Shown here one piece after another: positions 24,439 through 36,960 of a stretch of DNA of 64,000 bases. Location of the stretch: assembly GCA_021613535.1 (NCBI GenBank), contig CP075492.1, positions 14,260,001 to 14,324,000 on the forward strand, given 5' to 3'. The notes beneath the pieces were generated by a model that made no database searches, had not been told where the DNA came from, and worked only from the letters and a program-made list of their open reading frames with translations. The position numbers and the translations under genes are program-made. The number at the start of each line of letters is the position of its first letter. Positions within the stretch are counted from its first letter, which is position 1. This DNA is from Adineta vaga (lineage: Eukaryota > Animalia > Rotifera).

Positions 24439-27400
24439 ATGAATAGCGAAGATATTCAAGATGTAGTAGTAGAAAATGAATACATAAATCAAGAACAGTT
24501 GAACAATGAAAAGTATGAAAAATAATAGTTGATACTGATATTCATTTTCCTTGTGTATAGAAAAACGTTTTCGCCTAACGACAATTCAACGGAGAAACTA
24601 CTGAAAATCAACAGTCTACGAACTCTGGTATTTAACAAAAATGAATTCATATTAAATCAGTTGTTATATTTGCTACTTTAGTTTCGTTATGCTACTTCGT
24701 TGGATATCGTCTACATGACAACAGGAATGATTGCTTCATGTTTGTTTGGTCTTAGAATACCATTATATTTCCTGTTCTTTGGTAACTCAATTAATTCATT
24801 CAATAATCGATTGTCCAGTCTCTGTTCTCTTAATTTTACTGCTCTTACTGAACAATATTGTCCATCAGGAATCAAATTAACATCAACTAATTTTTATGAA
24901 TCAATGTCGTAAGAAAAATCTCATAATCTCAAAATTTCAAATTAAAACTTTCTCATTTAGATCGTGTAATTTCACTGAATCAAATTTTACCAATACTAAT
25001 CATGATGCTAAAGATGAAGTAAAAGAGCAAATTAATTTCATGATTATACTTGCTTTTCTAACGTTGTTATTTGAATATCTTCGCGTGACATTATTCAATG
25101 TGACAGCCGAAAGACAAGTTCGATCGAGAAAAAAGAAATTATTTCAGACAATTCTTAAACAAGAAATTGTTTATTTTGATCATCATAAAACGGGTGAACT
25201 CAATGCACTGCTAACCGATAATATGAATAAAATTCGTGATGGAATCGGCGATAAATTTAGTTCGATTATAAGTGTTATCTCTGGTGTAATAAGTAGTCTG
25301 ATTCTTTGTGAGTTTAAATTGATTATTCAACGATAAATTTCATTTTAAATCAATATAGGTCTCATCATAGAATGGAAACTATCATTAGTTGTCATATCAG
25401 CAGCATCGTTAATTCTTGTAACACCTGTTCTTACGACGAAAGTAACGATTTAATATATTTAAAAAAAAATCAATATCATTTCGAATCAATAGTTAATAAC
25501 AAAATTCACTAAAAATGAATTAGTGGCATATGGTAAAGCTGGAGCAATTGCTGAAGAAGTTATTAGTTCGATTCGAACTGTTCTATCGTATAATGGACAA
25601 GAAAAAGAAATAGAAAGGTTGTAATCTATATTGTTGAAAATTTTATTATTGTTTATCATAATTAGATATGAAAAGTATCTTCTTATAGAAAAAACATCAA
25701 GTATTAGGAAAGATCTTTTCAACAGTTTGACAATTGCTGTTCATATGTTCTTTACTTGGAGTTCATTTAGTTTGGGTATTATTGTTTCAATCTACTCATT
25801 GTGCTATTATTTCGATTCCTATTTTTCATCATAGGATTATGGTATGGAGCAAAACTCGTTCAAGAAGAAAACAGTGACATTGGGAGTATTTTCACCGTGA
25901 GTATCAAACTATGAAGCAAAGATTATTTGCTCGTCGATTTAATTTCGTTATTCATTACCAAATGCATCGATTTCTAGGTTTTTATCACTCTGGTAACTAC
26001 CTTTTTCAGTCTCAGATATGTTAACATAGACATTGAAGCATTTCTTCGAGCACGAACTGCGGCTGTAAACGTCGAGAAAATAATTCATGAGGTAAATCAA
26101 GTGATTTCTTCACATCACATATATATATAGGTTATTTCTAATTATATTCTAGTCAGCAAAAACAACTTATCAACAATCAGATATTAGTAAAAATACTGAT
26201 CATCTCATTGGTAACATTCATTTTCTCAATGTCTCATTCTGTTATCCAACGCGATCAGATGTTTCCATTTTAAATAATCTATCATTCGATGTCAAATGTG
26301 GTCAAACTATTGCGCTTGTTGGATCATCCGGATCAGGAAAATCTACATGTATTCAACTTTTACAAAGGTTTTATCAATTAAATTCAGGTCAAATATTCAT
26401 TGATGAAAAAGAAATAAATGAATACGATCTCAAATGGTTACGACAGCAGATGGGTGTTGTTAGTCAAGAGCCTGCGTTATTTCATACAACTATTCGAGAA
26501 AATATTCTCTTTGGACATGATACAGCTACAGAGGAAGAGATTCAACAAGCAGCTAAATTGGCTAATGCACATGATTTTATTATGACGTTACCCGATGTAT
26601 GAATGAAAGTTTCACTTTTTCTTTTTATGTATCTATCTTATGTATTAGAAATACGAAACTGAAGTTGGTGAACTTGGAGTAGCATTATCAGGTGGACAAA
26701 AACAAAGAATTGGTAAGTAAAAGATAGGTTTAAAACAAACGAATAATTTTTTACTATAAATTCTTTCAGCAATTGCTCGAGCTGTCATTCGCAATCCAAA
26801 AATCTTACTTCTCGATGAAGGTAAATATTCTTAATGCTAATTATGTTTTCTTGTATGTCGTAATAGCTACGAGTGCACTTGACAATGAAAGTGAAACAAT
26901 TGTACAAGATGCTTTAGATCGTGCTGCTCAAGGTTTCGTATCTTAGTGTTGACAGTGATCTGTAAACAAATGTTTATTGATGTTCTTCATACTCATAGGT
27001 CGAACAACATTAGTAATAGCACATCGTCTGTCAACAATTCGTAATGCTGATAAAATCATTGTTATCAATAAAGGACAAGTAGTAGAAGAAGGTGATCATG
27101 AATCATTAATGAACGCTCATGGTACATATTTCGATCTTGTTCAACAACAATCTATGCGTCAATATGATGAAGAAAAAGAAATCGCACTCGAAAAACAAGA
27201 AACAAACGAACAATTGCTTTCTCTACAATCACATCTAGATGAGAAAAAAGAGAGAAGTTCCACAGTGATCAGTATTACACCATCAATTCTTGCAAAATTG
27301 TATGGAAAAGAAAGTCCAATAGCACAAAATGACGATGTACATGCAGATGAAAATGTCAAGAGAAAAAAAGTAGTAATTGAAGTAGAAAAAATTTGCAATA

Positions 27401-30088
27401 TATTATGCATCATTAATAATTTTAGGAGAAACAATCGAATCTCATGCTAGACATATTCCGAATGATTAGACCAGAATGGATGCTATTTAGTATTGGATGT
27501 GTCGCATCACTAATTATTGGTGTAATAGATATATTGTATGGCATTTTCCAGGCAAGCATTATTGCGGTAAATTAATTAGATGCAATAGTAAAATATTCAA
27601 CGAGATTTAGTACTTAATGAAAACGATCATAAGTACTATACATTTCAGATTGTTCTTTTGTATAAACCTAACGGATAAGTTCATTACTTCTTTTTCTTCA
27701 TTGTAAAGTATTTTAGAGATTATAACTTTTATTTATTCATCAGATCTTTCAAGAATGCGATTCTGACAGTCGAAATCAACAGATTATCCAGTACGTTCTA
27801 ATTATCATAGGCTGTGGAATTATCTATTTTATTTTTCAATTTCTTCAGGTTCGTATTATAAAAAAAGATTTTATTTTATTGATATTTATCTTTTTAAGGG
27901 TTGCATGTTTGCCTATTGTGGAGGCAACCTTATCCAACGACTTCGTTCACAAACATTTCGTGCTATTCTTTCTCAAGATCTTACCTTTTTTGACAATTCA
28001 AAACACAATACAGGAGCACTGTGCACTTGTTTAGCAACAGACGCGTCAATTCTTCAAGACATTACTAGTGCTCAATTAGGTTTTTTTTTACAAAATCTTA
28101 CTTCCATAATTACAAGCATCATTGTTGGATTCATATATTCATGGCAACTAACATTATAATTTTAGTTGCCTTCACTTCATTTACTTTACTTGGAAGTTAT
28201 GGACAGATGTATTTAATAGGTCGATTTGTTGATTATCAGAGAAAATTCATAGAAGACAATGGAAAGGTTTGAGAGCAATCTCTTTATTGAAAATACTTCT
28301 CATATAATACGAATAAATTGTATAGATCACCGTAGAAACCATCCAAAATATACATACAGTGAACCAATTAACAAAAGAAGATTATTTTTACAAAGAATAC
28401 TCTCGATTATTGGATATTATCTATCGGTATCTATATATTATTCATGTTATTAATCAAATGATTCCATCTTTTATTGCAGATCAACATTGAAGTTAATACA
28501 TATATCAAGTATTCTCTCTGCAGTATCATCAGCTTCATTCATCCTTTCTGTAGCAGCTATTTTTTCTCTTGGATCTACTCTTGTTAACCAAAACGTGCTG
28601 ACATTGAAAGGAGTTCTTATGTAAGACAAAACATAAAAAGTAAATAACTTTTTTCTGAAATATTATTCTATCTTCAGAACTACTGATTGTGCCGCATTTT
28701 CCGGAGTCATTGCTAGTCAACTTCTTCTACTGTAAGTCTTATCAATTACTATCTAAGAGATGAAGGAAGTTTTTGATATAGGGTTCCAAATTATGGCAAA
28801 GGAGTCAAAGCTGCCAAGAACATATTTCTTCTAATAAAACGAAAAGCAACGATTAATAGTCAATTGAACGATGGCGACAAAATTGTAAGTCAGTAGTCAA
28901 GATATCTTCTGGAAATAATCGTGTTTATATTCTATCGATAGCCTAACTTAACCGGACAACTTGATTTTGATAATGTCTATTTTGTGTATCCAACTCGAAA
29001 GGAATCGATTGTTTTGAAAAAATTCAAACTTACGATTAAATCAGGTACATTTGTATTTATTCTTTTCTATAATCTATGCAGAATTTTATAGGTCAAAAAG
29101 TTGCACTCGTTGGTATGTGCAATGAGACTATTAAACATAATCATATGAAATGTTCGTGTTTAACTATAGGTTCATCAGGATCTGGAAAATCGACAACTAT
29201 TCAGTTGATCGAACGATTCTATGATCCAAATATTGGTCAAATAGTATGTAGATGAATGCTGATGTCTCGTCTTCATTTTGAGTATGTTGATCTTTTCAGT
29301 TAGTTGATTCAAAAGATATTCGAAGTCTTAATTTACAATGGTATCGATCAAAAAGTATTTCGAAAAGATCTTTTAATTGAAATTTATTTTACTATGTACA
29401 TGTTTTCTCTTTTCGAATTAAGTTGGTATCGTTTCACAAGAACCAGTACTATTCAACATGTCTATTCGTGAGAATATTGCATATGGTGATAATAATCGCA
29501 AAGATATTCCATTAGATGAAATAATCGAAGCAGCAAAAACTGCTAATATTCATGATTTTATTCAACGACTTCCCGATGTAATCTATTGATTAGTAAAGCA
29601 ACTGGTTGCGTCATATTTTCTCTTCTAGGGATATGAAACTCTCTGTGGGGCAAAAGGTGTTCGATTATCTGGTGGACAAAAACAAAGAATTGGTAATTGA
29701 ATTCATATGATCTTTGAAGAAGAAAAAAAATGAAAAAACGTTTTTCTTATAGCAATCGCACGAGCATTATTTCGAAATCCAACCATTTTATTACTTGATG
29801 AAGGTATAGATAGAGAGGAGGAGTTAGTAAACTACTCTTCGTTTTGTGTTCATATATTTAGCAACAAGTGCATTGGATAGTGAAAATGAAAAGATTGTTC
29901 AAGAAGCTTTAGAACGTGCACAAGAAAATCGAACATCCATAACCATTGCACATCGTTTATCAACAATACAAAAGTGTGATGTGATTTATGTGATGCATAA
30001 TGGAATGATTGTTGAATATGGAACTCATGAAGAATTACTTTCACATGCTGGTCGTTATTATCAATTAGTACAACACAAACTTAAATAA
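24439..30088 (+). CDS. ABCB1: ABCB1/P-glycoprotein-like full ABC transporter, >20 exons, 1-nt frameshift at ~28156
   Basis: TMD-NBD-TMD-NBD layout. Both NBDs have Walker [29 protein letters not shown] and IAHRLSTI. In TMD2, WQLTL is followed by TAA and the coding frame resumes shifted ([12 protein letters not shown]..). Confidence 0.88.
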
Positions 30089-30465
30089 TTCATTTGATTA
30101 CTATCTTATTTATTAAACGTAGTTTTACGAATGTTAATTACTTTGATTTTCCTAAGATAACTTGATGAACACGAAAATAAATGGTCAATAAAATAGCCAA
30201 AAAGGAGACTAACACTCTATATACAAAATTCTGTTAAGATGATAAAAGAAAAGGAATTTTTTAAGTAGACTCGATTGATATGATTATATACAAGATATAT
30301 CGCATGGTTGATGACCGCTCGTATATATACGGTCAACATTCGTTCTGTTTGACAACGAATAGTAATCTACTTTTTCTTTCTTTTTCTCTGTTCGTTCTTT
30401 TTCGCTTACCTTTTATTCGTGACCGTCAATATATATATACGGTCGATTGATTCATTTACATTGTT

Positions 30466-33416
30466 ATGCCTCCAAAAATGAATAAAAAAACTGCACCAAG
30501 TCTTTATAAAACATTCATTGATGCTTATATGAATGCTCGTCCCAATGAAAAACGAGAAGTAAGTTTCATTTTTCAATCAGAGAATATACAAAGAAGTTAT
30601 ATTTAGAAAAAACATCGCAATGCACAAGCCGAATGGAATAGTATCAAATGGAATGAAGAATATGTAAAAGAAAAAATCGAAGAATATTTAGAAATATTCA
30701 GTCAACTTGCTAGTGGTTCTTCAAATGTTGATTTCGAGCGTCTTTCTGCACCTGTAGATTTACATGAAGAAAAAAGTAATCGCCGTCAAACATCAAAAAC
30801 ACGTAGAAAACGTGTTGAATTGGATGATTTCGAAGAAGAAGATGACGATGATGATGGCGACGACGACGACGAGAACGATGATGATGAAGATAAAGGCAAT
30901 GGTGAAAAAAAACGTTATTTTGTTAAAAAACCGCGATCATCGAAATCGGAAATAAATCTTGACGATCCTGCACGATTATCATCTCTACCTGATATTTCAT
31001 TAGAACCGTTGGATAAGCAAAAAAGACAACCAGCACAAGAACGTATATTTAAAGAATTGACTTCGATTAATGAACGTATTGTTTCATTAGTACAAATTAA
31101 ACAAATGGGTTTATTAACAGCAGAAAATCGAGCACAATTGAAACAATTAATGAAAGATAGAAGAAAGAAATCTTATGAATTAAGACGTCTTCAATTAAAA
31201 GTTAAAGCTTCGACTAGATTTCGAACTAAACGACGAAAAATTGTATGAAAAATTCGGTTTGCTTTTATCTTGTCAACGAATTTTTCCTTATTTAGGTTGA
31301 GGATTTATTTGAAACTAAACCTGAATTACGTCCACAACTAAAGAAACTTTATCGGCGAGGTGGTGGTCGACCAACGATTGAAGAACAATATCCTAATTTA
31401 TTAGAAATTATCGAAGAAGTTGCAAAAGTTGGAGGTGCAAGTGATAGTGGCCGTCGATCAAAAACAATTCGACCTTGTTTAACATTAGATGATTTAAGAG
31501 AAAAACTCAAACAAAGAGGTATTTACGTAAAAGAACAACACTATTATCGGTGAGTTTCAAAGCATATGAAATCTTTATCAAATGGTTTTGTGTTCAAATC
31601 TTTAGTCTTTTACCTCATCGTGCGAAATCGATTGATGGTCGTCGTCATGTCTTACACGGCACCTGTTCGTCTTCGTCGTGCTCAAAATGATGAACATGGT
31701 AAACATGAAGATGGTCATTTTGCTGCAGCAACAATTCGTTATATCAAAGATTTAGCTTCAGTATTCGGAAATGAATGTGTATTATATCTATCCCAAGATG
31801 ATAAATGTAAAGTTCCAATTGGTTTACCAGCAGCTCGTGCACAAGCTCCAATGTTGATGCATTTGGATTATCGTATTCGTTTACCAGATCATGATTGGAC
31901 AGTTGCACCTCGTCATCAACTGACACCAAGTGTTTATGCTGCATGTCTACTATCATCAGATGGAAATTTAAGTCATTGTGGACCAACCTATATTGCAATA
32001 CGATCAGCTAAACATGATTTATCAAGTGCAGATTCGCATGCAATTGATTTCGATCGTTTTGTTGATTTGAAAGAATTTGAAAATGTTGCACGTGATAAAT
32101 CAGGTTTAGTTAAACCTATCGTTATTATTACAGTTGATGGTGGTCCAGATGAAAATCCACGTTTTCCAAAAACACTTGTAGCTAGTATTAGAAAATTTAA
32201 AAAATATAACATGGATGCACTTTTTGTTCTTACATATGCGTAAGTTTTAGTTGCTATATTTTCAACGATGAATCACAAAAATTGATGATTTTTCTTTAGT
32301 CCAGGTCAATCTGCTTATAATATTGTTGAACATCGTATGGCACCATTATCTCATGATATGGCTGGTCTTATATTGCCACATGATTATTACGGTTCACATT
32401 TGAATGATTCAGGTGTAACAACGAATGTTGATTTAGAAAAATTAAACTTTCGTAAAGCTGGACAAATCCTAGCTGAAACATGGAATAAAACGATTGTTGA
32501 TGGTTTTCCATGTGTAGCTGAATATATTAATCCACCATCGACTACAGATGATGAACGAAGACAAGTTGATGTTAAATTTATTATGGATGATCTTTTACGA
32601 CAGTAAGCTAATATTTTTCGCTATGATTTGACGAATTCCTTCTTTCTTTTGGAAAAAAAGAATCTGTGCTGACGAAGAAGCTGAAGAAGGACATGAATTT
32701 CGTGTTTCAGCACGAGATGAATATTATCAAGAAAATGCTCGCTCAACAAGAGAAAAAATTGGTGAACATGTTAAATATGATATTGATGAATATTGGTGTG
32801 CTACGCATGTTTTACAAACCCAATATACTTTACAAATTATTCGTTGTAATTCGATTGAATGTTGTGGACCATGGAGATCAAATTATGTGAAAATATTTCC
32901 ACATCGATTTTTACCTTCACCTGTTCCATTTGAACGAACTATCTATGGTATTCGAATGGCAGAGAAAGATTTTCAAAAAGGAATCTTTTATGGATCATTA
33001 TTTCAACGAATTCAATTTCATGGAATTGTTATTCAACATACACAAGTAAAAGAAACAAACATGAAATTAATTTATTTTTGATTTCGTTTTAGAATGAAAT
33101 GTTACCATTTGATTATTGTTGTGCATCAGTGAAAAAAGAATTGAAAAAACGAACATGTCAAATATGTAATCAATATATTCCATCTGCATATCGAATAAAA
33201 AATCATTATAAAATTCATGCACAACATTATGATGATTTTGATCATGATCAGGATGATAATTTACCATCAGTCGATGATAATCAATCAACAATGACTTCAT
33301 CCGTATCTAAAACGGAGATGTTAGATTGGGTTACATCAGATTTTGATGTTGAACCTACAAGTGATCGAGTTACTCATTCTTTGGAACAATTACATGTTAA
33401 TGAGAAGAAAGATTGA
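30466..33416 (+). mobile_element. Zator-like DDE transposase gene with six introns; no TIRs recognised; +1 frameshift at ~31651
   Basis: SQDDKCKVPIG, LPDHDW, GPTYIAIRS, VDGGPDENPR, APGQSAYNIVEHRMAPLS, and Cys/His-rich C-terminus (WCATHV..IRC..CC; CQIC..H..H). These match Zator/TP36-type transposases as recalled. Confidence 0.75.
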
Positions 33417-33949
33417 GTACATATGATAGACAATTACTAGTATTTCAGTTCAAATGTTTTTCTTTCATTCTGTAGCTTTTTAAGCATCAAACACTTTTGT
33501 TTTAATGAATAAAATATATGCTATAAGCAAAAATATATTCAGCTCATATTGCATTTATATTCAAACAATAAACTGACAAAGAATAATGACTCAAGGAAAT
33601 GATGCATAGCTTTTATCTTCACTAAGTATACCATTGGATCGGTTGCTACATCGACTTGCGAGTCAATGAAAGCTATTTTATTAATAGCTCACCATCGGTT
33701 AAAGATGTAGTGCATAAAAAATGAAGGGCTATTCCAAATAAGTGATATACTTGTCAACTACTCGATCGATATATCACATAATTTGAACGTTCTATTCGAT
33801 AGAGGATACTTCCTTTTTTATTGAACATATTTATATTTTATTTCGAATCACATTTTAGTTTATTAATTAAAAAAGGTATTTTTGAAAACCTTATTAAGAA
33901 GAATCAATACTTTATTTTAGAACATTCTCTTAGTTTTATAATTTCTGTG

Positions 33950-34288
33950 GGTTGTCAGATATCACGTGACAATCCTCACCCTAAATGCGCAGAAATTTTC
34001 TTTAAAGTAGTATCTTCTGATTTTATTGTAGAATATTTAAATACGAGCTCGTATTTCCTTTTGCAGGTGAAAAGAATTTTTGATAAAATAGATAATCTTC
34101 TTGATATTTTATCAAATGAACAAAAACTTCGTGAAAAAATCGATGATTCAGCATTACCAATTCATATTTACAATCGAAATTCTTCAGAAAATCAGACACT
34201 ACAACCACGTAATGCTTTATTTCTTTATTTTCAATTATTTATCGATGTTTCATTTGAAATGACTGATACCGATAATGATCCAATTTAA
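33950..34288 (+). pseudogene. Isolated fragment resembling the N-terminal part of rotifer ART/TPR-type proteins
   Basis: ..SALPIHIYN..RNALFLYFQLFIDV.. resembles the recalled 'ASFLWFQLLIDV' motif. No ATG start; early stop. Confidence 0.3.
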
Positions 34289-35502
34289 TTAAAACAAGAT
34301 TTTAATGTTAAAAGAAGCTTAGAAATGATGTGTAAATGTAGATGAATTTCAGTCCTTTTTTGTGTAGGACATGATATATATATAAGCAGTATTAATGGAA
34401 GCACTCTCGAGAAAAGAACAGAAATTATCTCTATTAATAAAACTTTTTAACTCTGGGATCAATTTTCGTCATCATGATTGTGTGTCAGATTTTTATTAAT
34501 TCAATAATAAATTTAGAGTCATTTAGTCAAACCATATTAAACGATAAATGCATCGTTCAGAGAAAAACCGAAATTGACAAAACAATTTAGATCGCAGTAT
34601 TTTGATGTGCTTTTTACTTCCATTCACCTTGTTCTCCCTTGCTCTCCGACATAAACTGAGTGTTCGTATTTACGACATCTTTGTTTATTGCGTTGTTATA
34701 TTACAGTTACAGATGAGGTCGTTGCAACCCATTGAAAAGATAATTGTTATCTTAGGACATAAAGTTGACGAAGCCTATGAATCTGAAAACAGAATAAACG
34801 ACCGAGACGATTTTCACGAGAAAATGAACTAAAGACATAGATTCACATATTTTACCTACCACTATTGTTATTGTTACAATATGATCATTTCAAGTAGAAC
34901 ATGCATTTAAAGTTACGCGATGCGACTCAATCTAATAATTTTTTATTCATAATATTTTTAGTGGCAATATAAAAGAATGAAAGACTATGCCAATGCCAAA
35001 GCAAAATATATTAAACTAAATATTTTTATAATGAGTAAGCGCCCACAGATTTCTCTCCCTGGAAGCACAATATAATTAAATCGACATTAAAACTCTTCTT
35101 AAGCATCTTATGAATATTAGGAGAGAATAGTTTCCATATTACTTTTTTTACAGTTATAAACAATTCAATGTTTACCTGTATCATCTCATTATTCAAAATG
35201 AACTCGTCGACGTATCAACTACCAAATATTCTTATTGATTGTTCAATTATCACATTCTCTTCAATTACTATTTGCATTTCTCATTTCGTCTAGTTGACTT
35301 GGTCGCGATCAGTCGCATTCGTCCAAGTGAAATAAACATATATATCGTATCTCTCGTCTTTCTACTTTTTTCTTTCGACCAGCTAAAAAGTCCTAGGACT
35401 TAAAAAAACTGGTTTTTCATCGAGATCCTCTGTACTTCATCAACCCAAACAAGAAAACAAAAACAATCTACATCAAATTATCAACAACTGGTGCTGATTT
35501 TA

Positions 35503-36960
35503 ATGCCTTCCAAGAGAGGAAGGGGTGGCGGAGGTCAACAGAGACGCTACCACAGCGTGGACAACCAACAAAGAGCAACCACCACACAACGAAAACAAGG
35601 GCCACAAAGCTCACAAAGCATACAAAGCCCACAACGAACAACACAAGATGGCAAAGCAGGACCATATGCTTTAAAATCAAGCCAACCAACATTTAGTATC
35701 GCCCCTCTAATTCTAGAGGGTGTTAACTTAAACAAATTGCAGCTAAATGATATATTGAAGCAACATCTTGCTGAAGTCAATATCCATGACATCCAACTTG
35801 GACGAAATGGAATATTCACATTATATGCAAGAGATGTCAAATCGTTCAACAACATATTAAACGACTTTTCATCAATATTATCGTCAAACGGTCAACCATC
35901 AGCCACGGTATACGTTCCAAGATCTATACAAAGAATCAAGGACACAGAAAAGATCGCCTTCGTAAAAAGAGTCGATCTAGAACTACCAAACGATCGAATA
36001 ACTGAAGCACTAAAGAACGTTGGTCTTGAAGTAACAGAAGTTATTCGATTAACAAGCAAAGATGGTAAGACTCCAACACGAACAGTCAAGATATCATTTA
36101 GCGATGCAACAAATCGAAATATCTTTGTGCAAACTGGTTTACAAGTGGATTGCATGCACTTCACCGCTGAACCAGCGACACAAAATTCCAAACCGGTGCA
36201 ATGTTACATTTGCTTAAAATACAACCATGTAGCCAAATACTGCAAAACCAAGCAACAAGTATGTAGTCGATGTGGTGAAAATCATAGCAACGACAAATGT
36301 ACTGTTACAGATGATGCAGTCAAGTGCTACAACTGTAAAGGTAATCATATTGCTACTTCCAAAGAATGTTCACATTATAGAGAACAAGAAAAGAAGATGC
36401 AAAACATGGTTAACCAATATGCAACAACAAGCAAACAAGTAACACAAGCACCATCAATCTACAACACACATGACTTCCCACCTCTATCACAATTCAACCA
36501 AACACAAAAACAACTATTAACGGACAATTTATTCGACGATATCATTAATGCTCTTACCAGCAAAATGGAAACCATCATCGAAAAAACTACCAATCGACTA
36601 TTCAAAGCACTACATCAGAAGATCAAGAAGATCGAAAAATCATTCGGACTCCTCGATCGTAATAATGAAGAAAAATATATATTAACTGATTCAGACTCTG
36701 ATTCCAACGAACAAAGTCAAGCAGTTAAGATCATCAAACCAAAACCAAAAAAACAACAGAGTGAAGCTGACAAATCGTCTACAACAGAGAATGTCACTTC
36801 AAATAAACCTACTATGCCATCAACTCCTACTACGTCAAAAGACGCACAAAATAAAAAAGAAGGATCCAATACAAACAAGAGAGCCCTTTCTTCCAACAAC
36901 TCTCCTGATGCATCTATAAACGACAAGAAAACACTTAAAACTAGCAGCAACGATGCTTAG
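35503..36960 (+). CDS. LINE ORF1, gag-like with three CCHC zinc knuckles
   Basis: CYICLKYNHVAKYC, CSRCGENHSNDKC, CYNCKGNHIATSKEC. Confidence 0.92.
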   Translation: MPSKRGRGGGGQQRRYHSVDNQQRATTTQRKQGPQSSQSIQSPQRTTQDGKAGPYALKSSQPTFSIAPLILEGVNLNKLQLNDILKQHLAEVNIHDIQLGRNGIFTLYARDVKSFNNILNDFSSILSSNGQPSATVYVPRSIQRIKDTEKIAFVKRVDLELPNDRITEALKNVGLEVTEVIRLTSKDGKTPTRTVKISFSDATNRNIFVQTGLQVDCMHFTAEPATQNSKPVQCYICLKYNHVAKYCKTKQQVCSRCGENHSNDKCTVTDDAVKCYNCKGNHIATSKECSHYREQEKKMQNMVNQYATTSKQVTQAPSIYNTHDFPPLSQFNQTQKQLLTDNLFDDIINALTSKMETIIEKTTNRLFKALHQKIKKIEKSFGLLDRNNEEKYILTDSDSDSNEQSQAVKIIKPKPKKQQSEADKSSTTENVTSNKPTMPSTPTTSKDAQNKKEGSNTNKRALSSNNSPDASINDKKTLKTSSNDA

